48,517 bases of DNA. Source: Verrucomicrobia bacterium UBA3783. Lineage in GTDB: Bacteria > Verrucomicrobiota > Kiritimatiellia > RFP12 > UBA1067. This document shows, in pieces, positions 16,639-24,822 of the stretch (within the stretch, counting starts at the first letter, position 1; each line of letters opens with the position of its first letter). Location: the NCBI GenBank assembly GCA_002369235.1, contig DFFF01000019.1, positions 8,628 to 57,144 of the forward strand, read 5' to 3'. The notes under the pieces were generated by a model that saw nothing but the letters and a program-made list of their open reading frames with translations, was not told where the DNA came from and did not search any database. Made by a program: the position numbers and the translations under genes.

Positions 16639-19600
16639 TTACAAATCCGACGCCGCTCCGGCCTTGATGCGGTAATATCTGACCTTCTCGCCGCTACCCC
16701 ACTCGGCGGTGCCATTGACCGTAGTCGAGGTACTCGTCGCCTGCACCGCAGTGCCGCCGGATGTAAATGTGCCGTCTGGCGAAGCGCACACCGCCGCCCG
16801 ATACCACAAGCCGGGAATCGTCTTCATCGTGAACGACGGCGTAGCGGCCGACATCGTCATCGGTGTCGATGCCGTATCGGCCTGCGGAGCGACGCTTATC
16901 GTATCTCCGGAAATCGTCACCGTGCCGCTCGGATTAAGCGACACATTGCCGCTGCCATCCACCGACAGTATGCCAGAGTAGTAATCCGTCGTCGAATCTC
17001 CGCCGTCCGGCGTATATGTCACCTTCAAGAGGAGATTTTCAGCCGCGACACCCGTTATCTGGGCAACCGTCCCCGGTATCGCCACCTTGCCGCTGAGGCT
17101 GCTTGCGTCAACCGCCGTGTTCGCCCCCGTATCCAGCACCGTGACCGTATCCTCGCCTACCGTCTCCGTTTCCGCCGTCGCCGCGACATAGATGCCATCC
17201 GATTTCTTTTCCAGAAGGACAACCTGATGCGTCTCGCCGACATAGACGCCGTATTCTCCCGTTGTAGCGACCGTGAGCGCGTCGGGCGTTGTCGTGCCAA
17301 CCAGCTTGTCCCCCAGCGTGGGCGCTGCCGCCAACTTCACCTTCTGGATTGTCAGTGTCGTAGGCGTGCCGCCGTCGTCATCATCGTTTACTATCGTGCC
17401 TGAATAACCGTCCAGCATTCCGATCGTGAAGCTATTCGGCGGGTTGGTTTGCCTGAGGTGGAAATTGCCGTTGCCGGAGATTTTCGCAAATCCATATGTT
17501 GTGCCGCTGTTGGTGCCGACAATCGTAAACTGGCAACCGTTGCTTATGCGCAAGTTGGCCTTCACGTTGCGGGTATCGTCGGAAGAGGCATTCAGCCACC
17601 CCGAGAAGCCCTTGTCGATTTCAATCGTAGAACCGGCCTTGCCGTACCAGTCAAAATGTATGCCGCCTTCAGTTTCACTAATTGCCGGCAGCACGACTGT
17701 GCCAGTCCAGTTGTCGAATGTGAACGCGGAGGAGCGCAAGCTACCCAACTCCACGCGCCCCGATCCGACAAGCTTGCCTGTCAGGTTGTCCGGCGTGACG
17801 GCATTTAGCGTACCGTAAATGCGGAAGCCCTGCGTTGCCGTCCATGTCTTGCCTGTAGCAACATCAACCGAAGCTCCAGAACTGATTCTGATGTGCAGAT
17901 AATCTTCGTCATTGCTTATCTCATCGTCGCCAAACTGGATACGTCCACGATCAACACTGAGCGAACCTTCAAACGCATCCCATTTGCTGATCTTGAAGGT
18001 AGTACGCGGATAATATCCTGCAGTGCTCTTCAAAGCAAATGTACCATCTCCCTTGAGTTCCGAGAGCGTGATCGTATTGAAAGCCGATGCGCCAGTAAAG
18101 TCAATCGTCAATGCCTTCGTCGCTCCATCATCCACAAGCTCTATTATTGACGAGCAAGTAGTACCTGTCGGTATCTCTCCCGTAACACCTGTGAATTTTA
18201 TTACGGAATTAGAATTGCCATAGTTCGCGGGGACAATATTGCCACTGTTTATGTTCTTGAGCCACACCGTGCCAGTCCAGCCGGCAGGCCATGTCGAAGA
18301 GGAAGCCCCGGTCAGGCTTGCGCCGTCAAGTATAACCGTACCCGAACCCGTGAACGTGCCGGAGAAGGTGTATGAATCTCCGTCGAGAGCAATGGACTTG
18401 CCAAGAGAAATGGCCTCGCCCGTATTGTCCATGAGCGTCACCGTGCCTTCAGAATCAACGGCCGCTATTGCATCCGCCAAAGACGCGTAATATCTTGTTT
18501 CGACCGTAGTGGAACCGTATACGTACGGATCGTCGATCGTCACTTCTGCGGACGCAACGGGCAGCACGTATGTGCCAGTCAGCGCCCCTTCTGGATGCCA
18601 GCCGCTCGGCAAGGAGCCAGCTCCCGTAGCATCGGTGCCTGTCATTCTCCTGACCTCGGCAGCGACAGCCGCCGCTGCTGCCGCAGCGTAAGTTTTGTAA
18701 TAGTTCGTGGTTTCGCTTATTAGCACCGCTGCTGCGGCAGGATAGAAGCCGTCGGTATCATAAACCAGTTTGTTGCCTGGTATTGTGCTGTCTAGCATGG
18801 CGACATCTATACCGGCGGTCGCAGGATCCTGCAGCGACGAATTGTAGATTGTACTGCCGGTGGTGTATGTAAGAGCTACCAGTTTCGTTCCAACGACAAA
18901 ACTAGAAGCACTCGCATAGTCAGGGAAATTGTACTTCCCTATTTTAAGGCAGTAGTTGCCGTTTATTGTTATCGAGCCTTCGAACGATTCCAGCGTGTCG
19001 ATGTGGAAATAGTATTTATATCCCGATCCGCCTGGCGTGCCTTCGAGGCTAAGCTGTCCGTTGGATGTGGACTTCAGCTTTGAGAACTTGGTTGTATCGT
19101 TCCATGCATCTGCGCCATCGGGGTTCTTTGAGTAGCCGTCGGCCACGTGAAGAGTTGCGTTGAGGATCACGGTCGGCTGGATGTCGCTCGCTACGCCGTT
19201 CCCTGCCGTATTCGCCAGCCATCCCTTGTAATTTTGGTTCAGCTGCACCGTCGAACCGCTGATTCCATACTTGTCAAACGCAATCTTGGTGCTTTTTGTG
19301 TTTGCGGTATCTGCCCAGTCCATGATGAACGTGCCAGTCCATTCGCCGAATGTCGGAGCAAAGTCGGCCTTGGCATCTACGGCGCCCGCACCTGCTATTG
19401 TACCGCTGATGGAATATGCAGCGGGAATTTCGAGCGTGACATTCGCTGGAATCGTGATTGAGGCATCAGTGTTGTCGAACATCAGCGTAACCGTCTCGCC
19501 GCCGACGGCCGAAGCAAGAGCAGTTGCCAGCGACGAGTAAAACACACCGGTCTCCTGTGCGCCGATTCTCGCTACCGCATGCCTGTAGGTCTTTGAGGAA

Positions 19601-22600
19601 CTGTCGTAAACAAGTTGATATGTCCTCAGGCTAGCGGGGTCAAGCGGCTCGGAATCATCAAGGATCGTGACATAACAACCTATATCGGTCGTTCTGCTGT
19701 TTATAAAATCAGCCAAGGCCGACATCGTATCGGCATAGCTTCTCGTCACGCCCGTAGATTTGGTAAGACTGGCGGCTGGGCTGACGACCTTCAAGCCTGT
19801 GGTGTCGGCTTTGAGAGCCACCGTTGCCGCTGCGGCGCCGCTAATGCTATATGTTCCGCCCGGTGCGGAAGCCAGCCCCGCCTCAGTCCAATTTATGAGG
19901 TAAGTGCCGACCGCAGGGGTGTTGCCGTTTCCGATAGAGCAATCGATTGTTCCTGTGGATGTTATGTTCGTAATCCCCGTCCATGCAGTGGATTCTGTCG
20001 GGAACACAAGGTGCGATCCGCTCGCAAGAGTAAGATTCTTGACGGCATCCGAAATTGAAGACTCTAACCAGCCGTTTGCGTTCACGACCACCCTTCCATT
20101 GGCCCACTTGCCGCTCGTGCTGCCGTTGCTGGCGAAGACGACTTTCGCGTTGTCTGAAACAGTGAGCGTGTTGGTGGACGAGCTGGCGTTCTGCAGTGTC
20201 AGGCTTTTGACCGTCCCCGAACCATCTCCTACGACGGTCAGGCACGACGAGCGAGCGCCGTCTGACGTAAATATGCCGGAAAATTCTGTATTCCTTTCCT
20301 GCATCGTATTGATCGTATAGACAAGATTGCCGCCTGTGTATTGCGCTTTGAATGTGCCGCTACCGGACAGATTGCGCACGTAGAACACATTGCCTGGATA
20401 GTATTCGTGGCTGAAATATGTATCCGAGGAATCGAGGATCCACTCTGGACGCACGCCGTCGGCGAATGCGGCGGCTGTAGTCTTGAATATATGCTGATTT
20501 GAGCCAGTGTTGGTCAAATGAAGGATGCCGTTGAAAGTCGCCCCTGTGGCGGTATGCTCCTTATTTCCAGAAGTTGATGTCAGTTCGACAGTTCCGATAT
20601 CGCCCGTCCCGGCCATGATTGGCTTCGTCATGGCGATATTGCTCAACTTCAATGTACCCGCGCCAGCCTTGGTGATAGAGCCGCCGCAGTAGCTATATCC
20701 GCTCTGCGCAAGAAACGATTGCGATATTGTAAGCGTCACATTGTCGGCAACGGTAAATGTCGGACTCGTGCCACTTTGCGTATTTACAATGGCATCAATC
20801 TCGGCATTGCCGTAGGCATAGAGAGGGGCGTCATGAAACCACAAAAGCGCTCCATTTGCGTTGGCTGGGAATCCGTTATTTCCCACGATACGCGCGCCTT
20901 CCCTCAAGTTTATCGTCGTGCCAGAATAAATTATCAAAGTTCCATTCCCGACATTCAAAGTTCCTGAAACATCAATAGTCAATGTTGCGCTGGTTGGAAT
21001 CGTGTTCCACAAATACTCGCCAGTACCAGACAAATGCAGTTCTGCATCGGTATCTATTGTAAGATTGCCTTTTAGTGCGTTTGTGCCAAATGAACAAGTC
21101 GTCGTTCCACTTAGAACTTGTATAAGGCTGCCGCTTTCGGAGGTATTGTCTCCTGAAAGTTCAGTTGTTCCTTTCGTTTTCAATGTGCCGGAAACGGCAA
21201 CCTTTACCCTGTCGGCAAGAGTGTCGCCCGATGTCGTGACGCCGTCCATCGTGAGTGTTGTATTCGCGGGGACGTTGATGATGCCGCCGCCTGTGACGTC
21301 GCCCGCGATTTCCATGCCGTCTGCCGTGACGACCGTCACGCCCGCGGGGATGGTCCAGCCGTCGGTAGTGAGCGCGCCCGCGCCAGAGACGGTCAGCGTG
21401 ACATCGTCCTCGCCCTCTTTGACGACAGTAACCGTTCCGAGAGTCAAAGCTTCGGAGACGGCAAGCGTTGAATTCTGCGAGATGTAAAGCGTAGCATTGT
21501 CGCCAGACGAAACAGTGCCGCTCCATGCCCCATTGCGCCAACAGTTGGCGAAAGTCGCTATCAATGCGTGATTTTCAACCGAAAGCGTTACTCCTTGCTG
21601 CGATGCCGTAACTTTGAACTTGGATGCAGCCACCGTCACACGAGAAGCAATAAGCGTCACCGGCGTCGCCGAGGGCGCGATGCCGCTCAAATCGACATTG
21701 ACGGACTGGTCGTTCAAGACGCCCGACCAGTCGTATTCCGTGGCCGCGAGCGGGACGCCGTTCGCGAACTTAAGCGTCGCGCCCTCCTGCAATGCGAGCG
21801 TCGCCGCTATCGATTCGCTATTCTGCGACTCCAGAACACCGCCGTTCTTGACTGTCACAGTGCCGCCAGCCCACGAACCCGTCGACGCAAACACGACCTT
21901 CGCGTTGTTCTCGATCGCAAGCGGACCGGTCGTCGTATTCGCCCCCGAAAGCGTCAATGAGTATATCGCTGGCGCATTCTCCGCCCCCCGAACCGTGAGG
22001 GCCGGATCGCCTGCTGGTCTATTTTGAGTGGTGTCGAATATACCTGCGTATGTCGTATCTTCCGTCTGCAGAGTGTCGACATACTTATTTACATTGCTAT
22101 CATAGGTATTGAAGTTTTTGATGTAGCCACTCCCAGACAAGTTATTCACCGTAAAGGGTTTGTCTGAAGTTGAATGATATATGCGAATATCTCCGTTAGC
22201 CTCGAGTGTGGGTCTGCCGGAAAAGACTGGGTTATTGAAACTGCTTGCGCCCACCCAGGCAAAAGCGAGATAGCCATTGTTCTCCGTTGTTACCCTGAGT
22301 GGGCCTGTAAAAGAGGAATTGAGAAAGGTTTCGGTATTCCCGTTACCACCATTTCCAGACGTTGAAGAATAACGTTCAAGAATATCGTAATTTGCCGGCA
22401 AAAGCGCGCCGCCCCAACGCGCATTGGAAACTCTGTAAATTAATTTACCATCTCCTGTCCTATGTGCAATCTCAGGAGCGGAAGTGACAGTCAATGTCGC
22501 GCCGGACTTGGTTTCGATGCTTATCGTTCCGTTTCCTTTTACGAACGGTGCGGTAATTGTGCTCGAGCCGGTCTCGGCGATTATCTTGCCCTCGCCTGAG

Positions 22601-24051
22601 TTGAAGTGGAACGCATTCGACGCCGAGCCATTGATTACAGCCCCATCGTATAGATGTATGTAGTTATTTGCACCAATCGTCCACTTGGCGTTCATCGTTA
22701 CAATGCCGCGGATATGCACATGAACCGTGCCGTCCCAGGGTATAGAGTCGCCTTTATCATTGACGAATGTTGCTTTAGCGGCCACGTTCAACGTGCCGCT
22801 AATCGCTTTTTGCGTACTTGAATTATATGTTGTAGTGCCACTTAGAACATTAAACGTTCCACTGGACGAGTTGCTTGCGCTGGAACTGAAAGTTGTGGTG
22901 CCTGCCGTATTGAGAGTCCCCGCATTGCTTACAGCGCCGGAGAAAGTACAACCATCTGCATTGAGAGTCCCCGCATTGCTTACAGCGCCGGAGAAAGCGC
23001 AGCCTTCGGCATTCAGCGTGCCGTTGTTGGTTATAGCACTTCCAGTTCCTCCAGCGATGGTTACGGTTGCGCCTTGTCCAATAATAATTCCGTCTGATGC
23101 CGTAACCGCCCCGGATAAAGTCAATGAACCAGCTCCGGAAACAACCAAGTTATTTACCGACAAAGCCGTATCCTTAGACAATGACGCTCCTTCCTGAATC
23201 TCAATCCAAAGTGACTTATCGGAATTATCGGCATTATCATCCCATGAAGGGAAAGCCGTTGACCATGACGTATTCGCTGCAGTAACAGTAACCTTCGTGA
23301 CTTCCGAGGGGAATTTATATGCCGCCGCCTCGGATGCAGAAATCTTCGATGTGAATATCGCCACTCGCTTAATTGTAAGACCATTGAAGTTGCTGACTGG
23401 TCGTTTTGTTAATGCAGCAACATTTGCATCAATCATCACACCACCGAGCGCAATTTTGCTTACAATTCGGTTAGCCGTATTCAACCCGGTCACAGCACCT
23501 CCAGCAGAAGCATCAGACAAACCCGCCAACGTTCCTGCCGAATATATTTCAACATTATTACCTTGCGCAAAGATATACATCAAATATCCAGCCGAAGGCA
23601 TTGTCGTAACAGTTCCCCCGTCAGTTGGATATGCCACACCACCATTATTCCACCAATGTCCGGTTACTTCCAGTGAATTGTCCTTGGTTTGAGAGCCAAG
23701 ATATGCTCCTGCGGCCATATACACCGGCACCGCCGCTGTTTGTGCGGTTGCATCGGCGTACTCCATGAGAACAGACACTTTTTCGCCTTGGACCCCACCT
23801 GTAACAGTAATCGTTGGTCCCTGAGCATTATTATTGCTGCCAATCTTGATGGTTCCATTCTGCTGTAACCATGATTCACAACCTGTCGGAAATGCAAGCG
23901 TGTATGTCTTGCCATCAAGTCCTGTTTTGGTGCTTGTGCCAAAATCGCTTTCCCAAACGACATTGGCCGTCACCGCCCATGCGCTGCCGACAAGGCATGC
24001 GACAATTGCGAGAATCGCAGTTTTCACCTGTATATTCATTTTAGTTTTCAT
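16639..24051 (-). CDS. Giant (2470 aa) secreted Gly/Thr/Ser-rich beta-repeat surface protein or adhesin
   Basis: Signal peptide (..GSAWA), LamG-like N-terminal segment, passenger-type repeat ITKAGAGTLKLS, repeated WTGT and Y.SLA.A...TVTLM modules. No C-terminal beta-barrel. Confidence 0.85.
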   Translation of the reverse strand: MKTKMNIQVKTAILAIVACLVGSAWAVTANVVWESDFGTSTKTGLDGKTYTLAFPTGCESWLQQNGTIKIGSNNNAQGPTITVTGGVQGEKVSVLMEYADATAQTAAVPVYMAAGAYLGSQTKDNSLEVTGHWWNNGGVAYPTDGGTVTTMPSAGYLMYIFAQGNNVEIYSAGTLAGLSDASAGGAVTGLNTANRIVSKIALGGVMIDANVAALTKRPVSNFNGLTIKRVAIFTSKISASEAAAYKFPSEVTKVTVTAANTSWSTAFPSWDDNADNSDKSLWIEIQEGASLSKDTALSVNNLVVSGAGSLTLSGAVTASDGIIIGQGATVTIAGGTGSAITNNGTLNAEGCAFSGAVSNAGTLNADGCTFSGAVSNAGTLNTAGTTTFSSSASNSSSGTFNVLSGTTTYNSSTQKAISGTLNVAAKATFVNDKGDSIPWDGTVHVHIRGIVTMNAKWTIGANNYIHLYDGAVINGSASNAFHFNSGEGKIIAETGSSTITAPFVKGNGTISIETKSGATLTVTSAPEIAHRTGDGKLIYRVSNARWGGALLPANYDILERYSSTSGNGGNGNTETFLNSSFTGPLRVTTENNGYLAFAWVGASSFNNPVFSGRPTLEANGDIRIYHSTSDKPFTVNNLSGSGYIKNFNTYDSNVNKYVDTLQTEDTTYAGIFDTTQNRPAGDPALTVRGAENAPAIYSLTLSGANTTTGPLAIENNAKVVFASTGSWAGGTVTVKNGGVLESQNSESIAATLALQEGATLKFANGVPLAATEYDWSGVLNDQSVNVDLSGIAPSATPVTLIASRVTVAASKFKVTASQQGVTLSVENHALIATFANCWRNGAWSGTVSSGDNATLYISQNSTLAVSEALTLGTVTVVKEGEDDVTLTVSGAGALTTDGWTIPAGVTVVTADGMEIAGDVTGGGIINVPANTTLTMDGVTTSGDTLADRVKVAVSGTLKTKGTTELSGDNTSESGSLIQVLSGTTTCSFGTNALKGNLTIDTDAELHLSGTGEYLWNTIPTSATLTIDVSGTLNVGNGTLIIYSGTTINLREGARIVGNNGFPANANGALLWFHDAPLYAYGNAEIDAIVNTQSGTSPTFTVADNVTLTISQSFLAQSGYSYCGGSITKAGAGTLKLSNIAMTKPIMAGTGDIGTVELTSTSGNKEHTATGATFNGILHLTNTGSNQHIFKTTAAAFADGVRPEWILDSSDTYFSHEYYPGNVFYVRNLSGSGTFKAQYTGGNLVYTINTMQERNTEFSGIFTSDGARSSCLTVVGDGSGTVKSLTLQNASSSTNTLTVSDNAKVVFASNGSTSGKWANGRVVVNANGWLESSISDAVKNLTLASGSHLVFPTESTAWTGITNITSTGTIDCSIGNGNTPAVGTYLINWTEAGLASAPGGTYSISGAAAATVALKADTTGLKVVSPAASLTKSTGVTRSYADTMSALADFINSRTTDIGCYVTILDDSEPLDPASLRTYQLVYDSSSKTYRHAVARIGAQETGVFYSSLATALASAVGGETVTLMFDNTDASITIPANVTLEIPAAYSISGTIAGAGAVDAKADFAPTFGEWTGTFIMDWADTANTKSTKIAFDKYGISGSTVQLNQNYKGWLANTAGNGVASDIQPTVILNATLHVADGYSKNPDGADAWNDTTKFSKLKSTSNGQLSLEGTPGGSGYKYYFHIDTLESFEGSITINGNYCLKIGKYNFPDYASASSFVVGTKLVALTYTTGSTIYNSSLQDPATAGIDVAMLDSTIPGNKLVYDTDGFYPAAAAVLISETTNYYKTYAAAAAAAVAAEVRRMTGTDATGAGSLPSGWHPEGALTGTYVLPVASAEVTIDDPYVYGSTTVETRYYASLADAIAAVDSEGTVTLMDNTGEAISLGKSIALDGDSYTFSGTFTGSGTVILDGASLTGASSSTWPAGWTGTVWLKNINSGNIVPANYGNSNSVIKFTGVTGEIPTGTTCSSIIELVDDGATKALTIDFTGASAFNTITLSELKGDGTFALKSTAGYYPRTTFKISKWDAFEGSLSVDRGRIQFGDDEISNDEDYLHIRISSGASVDVATGKTWTATQGFRIYGTLNAVTPDNLTGKLVGSGRVELGSLRSSAFTFDNWTGTVVLPAISETEGGIHFDWYGKAGSTIEIDKGFSGWLNASSDDTRNVKANLRISNGCQFTIVGTNSGTTYGFAKISGNGNFHLRQTNPPNSFTIGMLDGYSGTIVNDDDDGGTPTTLTIQKVKLAAAPTLGDKLVGTTTPDALTVATTGEYGVYVGETHQVVLLEKKSDGIYVAATAETETVGEDTVTVLDTGANTAVDASSLSGKVAIPGTVAQITGVAAENLLLKVTYTPDGGDSTTDYYSGILSVDGSGNVSLNPSGTVTISGDTISVAPQADTASTPMTMSAATPSFTMKTIPGLWYRAAVCASPDGTFTSGGTAVQATSTSTTVNGTAEWGSGEKVRYYRIKAGAASDL
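22909..22997. repeat. Exact 38-bp direct repeat at 51-bp period within the giant CDS
   Basis: attgagagtccccgcattgcttacagcgccggagaaag at 22909-22946 and 22960-22997 (FSGAVSNAGTLN twice). Confidence 0.9.
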
Positions 24052-24381
24052 AATTTGTGTCCTCTCTCTTTAAAATTGTTGCCGCTGTGGTTGAAAATCT
24101 ATGTGGCAGAGTTCCATCGACGCCTCACAGCGCGATGCCCCCTCGTACCTTCTCCATCGCACCCGTTCGCGGTCGTGCGCAAACGCAAACGACGACCTGC
24201 GCGGCGTGCGCCGCAGGCGTGGAAGTTCAAAAGTGTAGCGGTTTTTGAACATCAATTCTGGCAAGACCCGTCTAGGGCGAAAGATACCCTGACGGACGCT
24301 CACAGCCCACAGGGTTTCGCCCGACGACGAGTCGGATTCTAGCGGTTATCGGTTTCGTAGCGGTATATTCCTTAACGGAAC
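24052..24381 (-). ncRNA. Candidate structured cis-regulatory 5' leader (unclassified)
   Basis: Lies between a consensus promoter and the giant ORF. Has several stems (24265-24333, 24225-24250) and three ACCGCTA motifs. Confidence 0.55.
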
Positions 24382-24387
24382 GCGAGT

Positions 24388-24416
24388 ATTATAGCATATA
24401 TCAAGCCATTTTGCAA
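24388..24416 (-). promoter_or_regulatory. Sigma70-type promoter of the giant gene
   Basis: TTGCAA-17 nt-TATAAT with extended TG. Confidence 0.85.
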
Positions 24417-24504
24417 CTTGCAAAAATCGCTCTCCTCGCCCAAAAGGGGTATGAAAGGACAATCGAAAAATTCTCTCCCGTTCCCTGTTTTTGCCTCGCG
24501 CAAA

Positions 24505-24549
24505 GTCCGCAAAGTTTTTCGTTTTTTTTTTTTTTTAAACTTTGCGGAC
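24505..24549. repeat. Perfect 13-bp inverted repeat enclosing a 15-nt homopolymer
   Basis: gtccgcaaagttt / aaactttgcggac flanking T15 (24522-24536). Confidence 0.75.
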
Positions 24550-24574
24550 GAAGGCGTGCGATAAAACACCGACG

Positions 24575-24633
24575 GGCGCGGGGCGGTTTCCGTGTATTGA
24601 AGCATATTCCGTGGTCGAAAATCACCCCGCACC
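24575..24633 (-). repeat. 18-bp imperfect hairpin
   Basis: On the minus strand GGTGCGGGGTGATTTTCG pairs with CGGAAACCGCCCCGCGCC through three G-U wobbles and one mismatch. Confidence 0.6.
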
Positions 24634-24642
24634 AAGAAAACA

Positions 24643-24774
24643 ATGCTGGACTTCGTAGTCGAGGATGCTGGACTGCGAAGTAGAGAAGTCTAGACTACGA
24701 AGTCGAGAAGCCTAGACTACTAAGTAGCGAAGCCTAGACTACTAAGGGAAGGAGGCTCGACATTGAAGTTTGAG
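24643..24774. repeat. Tandem array of six degenerate 22-bp repeats
   Basis: Units start at 24643, 24665, 24687, 24709, 24731 and 24753; consensus about AGcCTaGACTaCgAAGTmGaGa. The last unit is degenerate. Confidence 0.85.
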
Positions 24775-24782
24775 AACTTGAC

Positions 24783-24822
24783 AAAGTGAGAAAGTAGGTC
24801 AGACCTAGTTTCTCACTTTTTT
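24783..24822. terminator. Near-perfect palindrome, candidate bidirectional intrinsic terminator
   Basis: aaagtgagaaa-g-taggt-cag-accta-g-tttctcacttt(ttt), immediately after the stop codon at 24822. Confidence 0.6.

Noticed and set aside
16639-24051. Classical type Va autotransporter or RTX protein
   Set aside because: No C-terminal beta-barrel or terminal aromatic residue, and no GGxGxD nonapeptides.
24052-24381. Assignment of the leader to a c-di-GMP-I/II, c-di-AMP (ydaO) or ZTP riboswitch, or to an ops element
   Set aside because: Only superficial resemblance (e.g. GAATCC). The diagnostic conserved segments were not found, and the ops sequence GGCGGTAG is absent from the sense strand.
16540-24490. 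cccgttccc(c)tg near both flanks of the giant gene as a target-site duplication
   Set aside because: Short, imperfect and low-complexity; no mobility gene supports an insertion.
24643-24774. CRISPR array or plasmid origin
   Set aside because: The repeats are contiguous with no unique spacers, and there is no cas or rep gene in the window.
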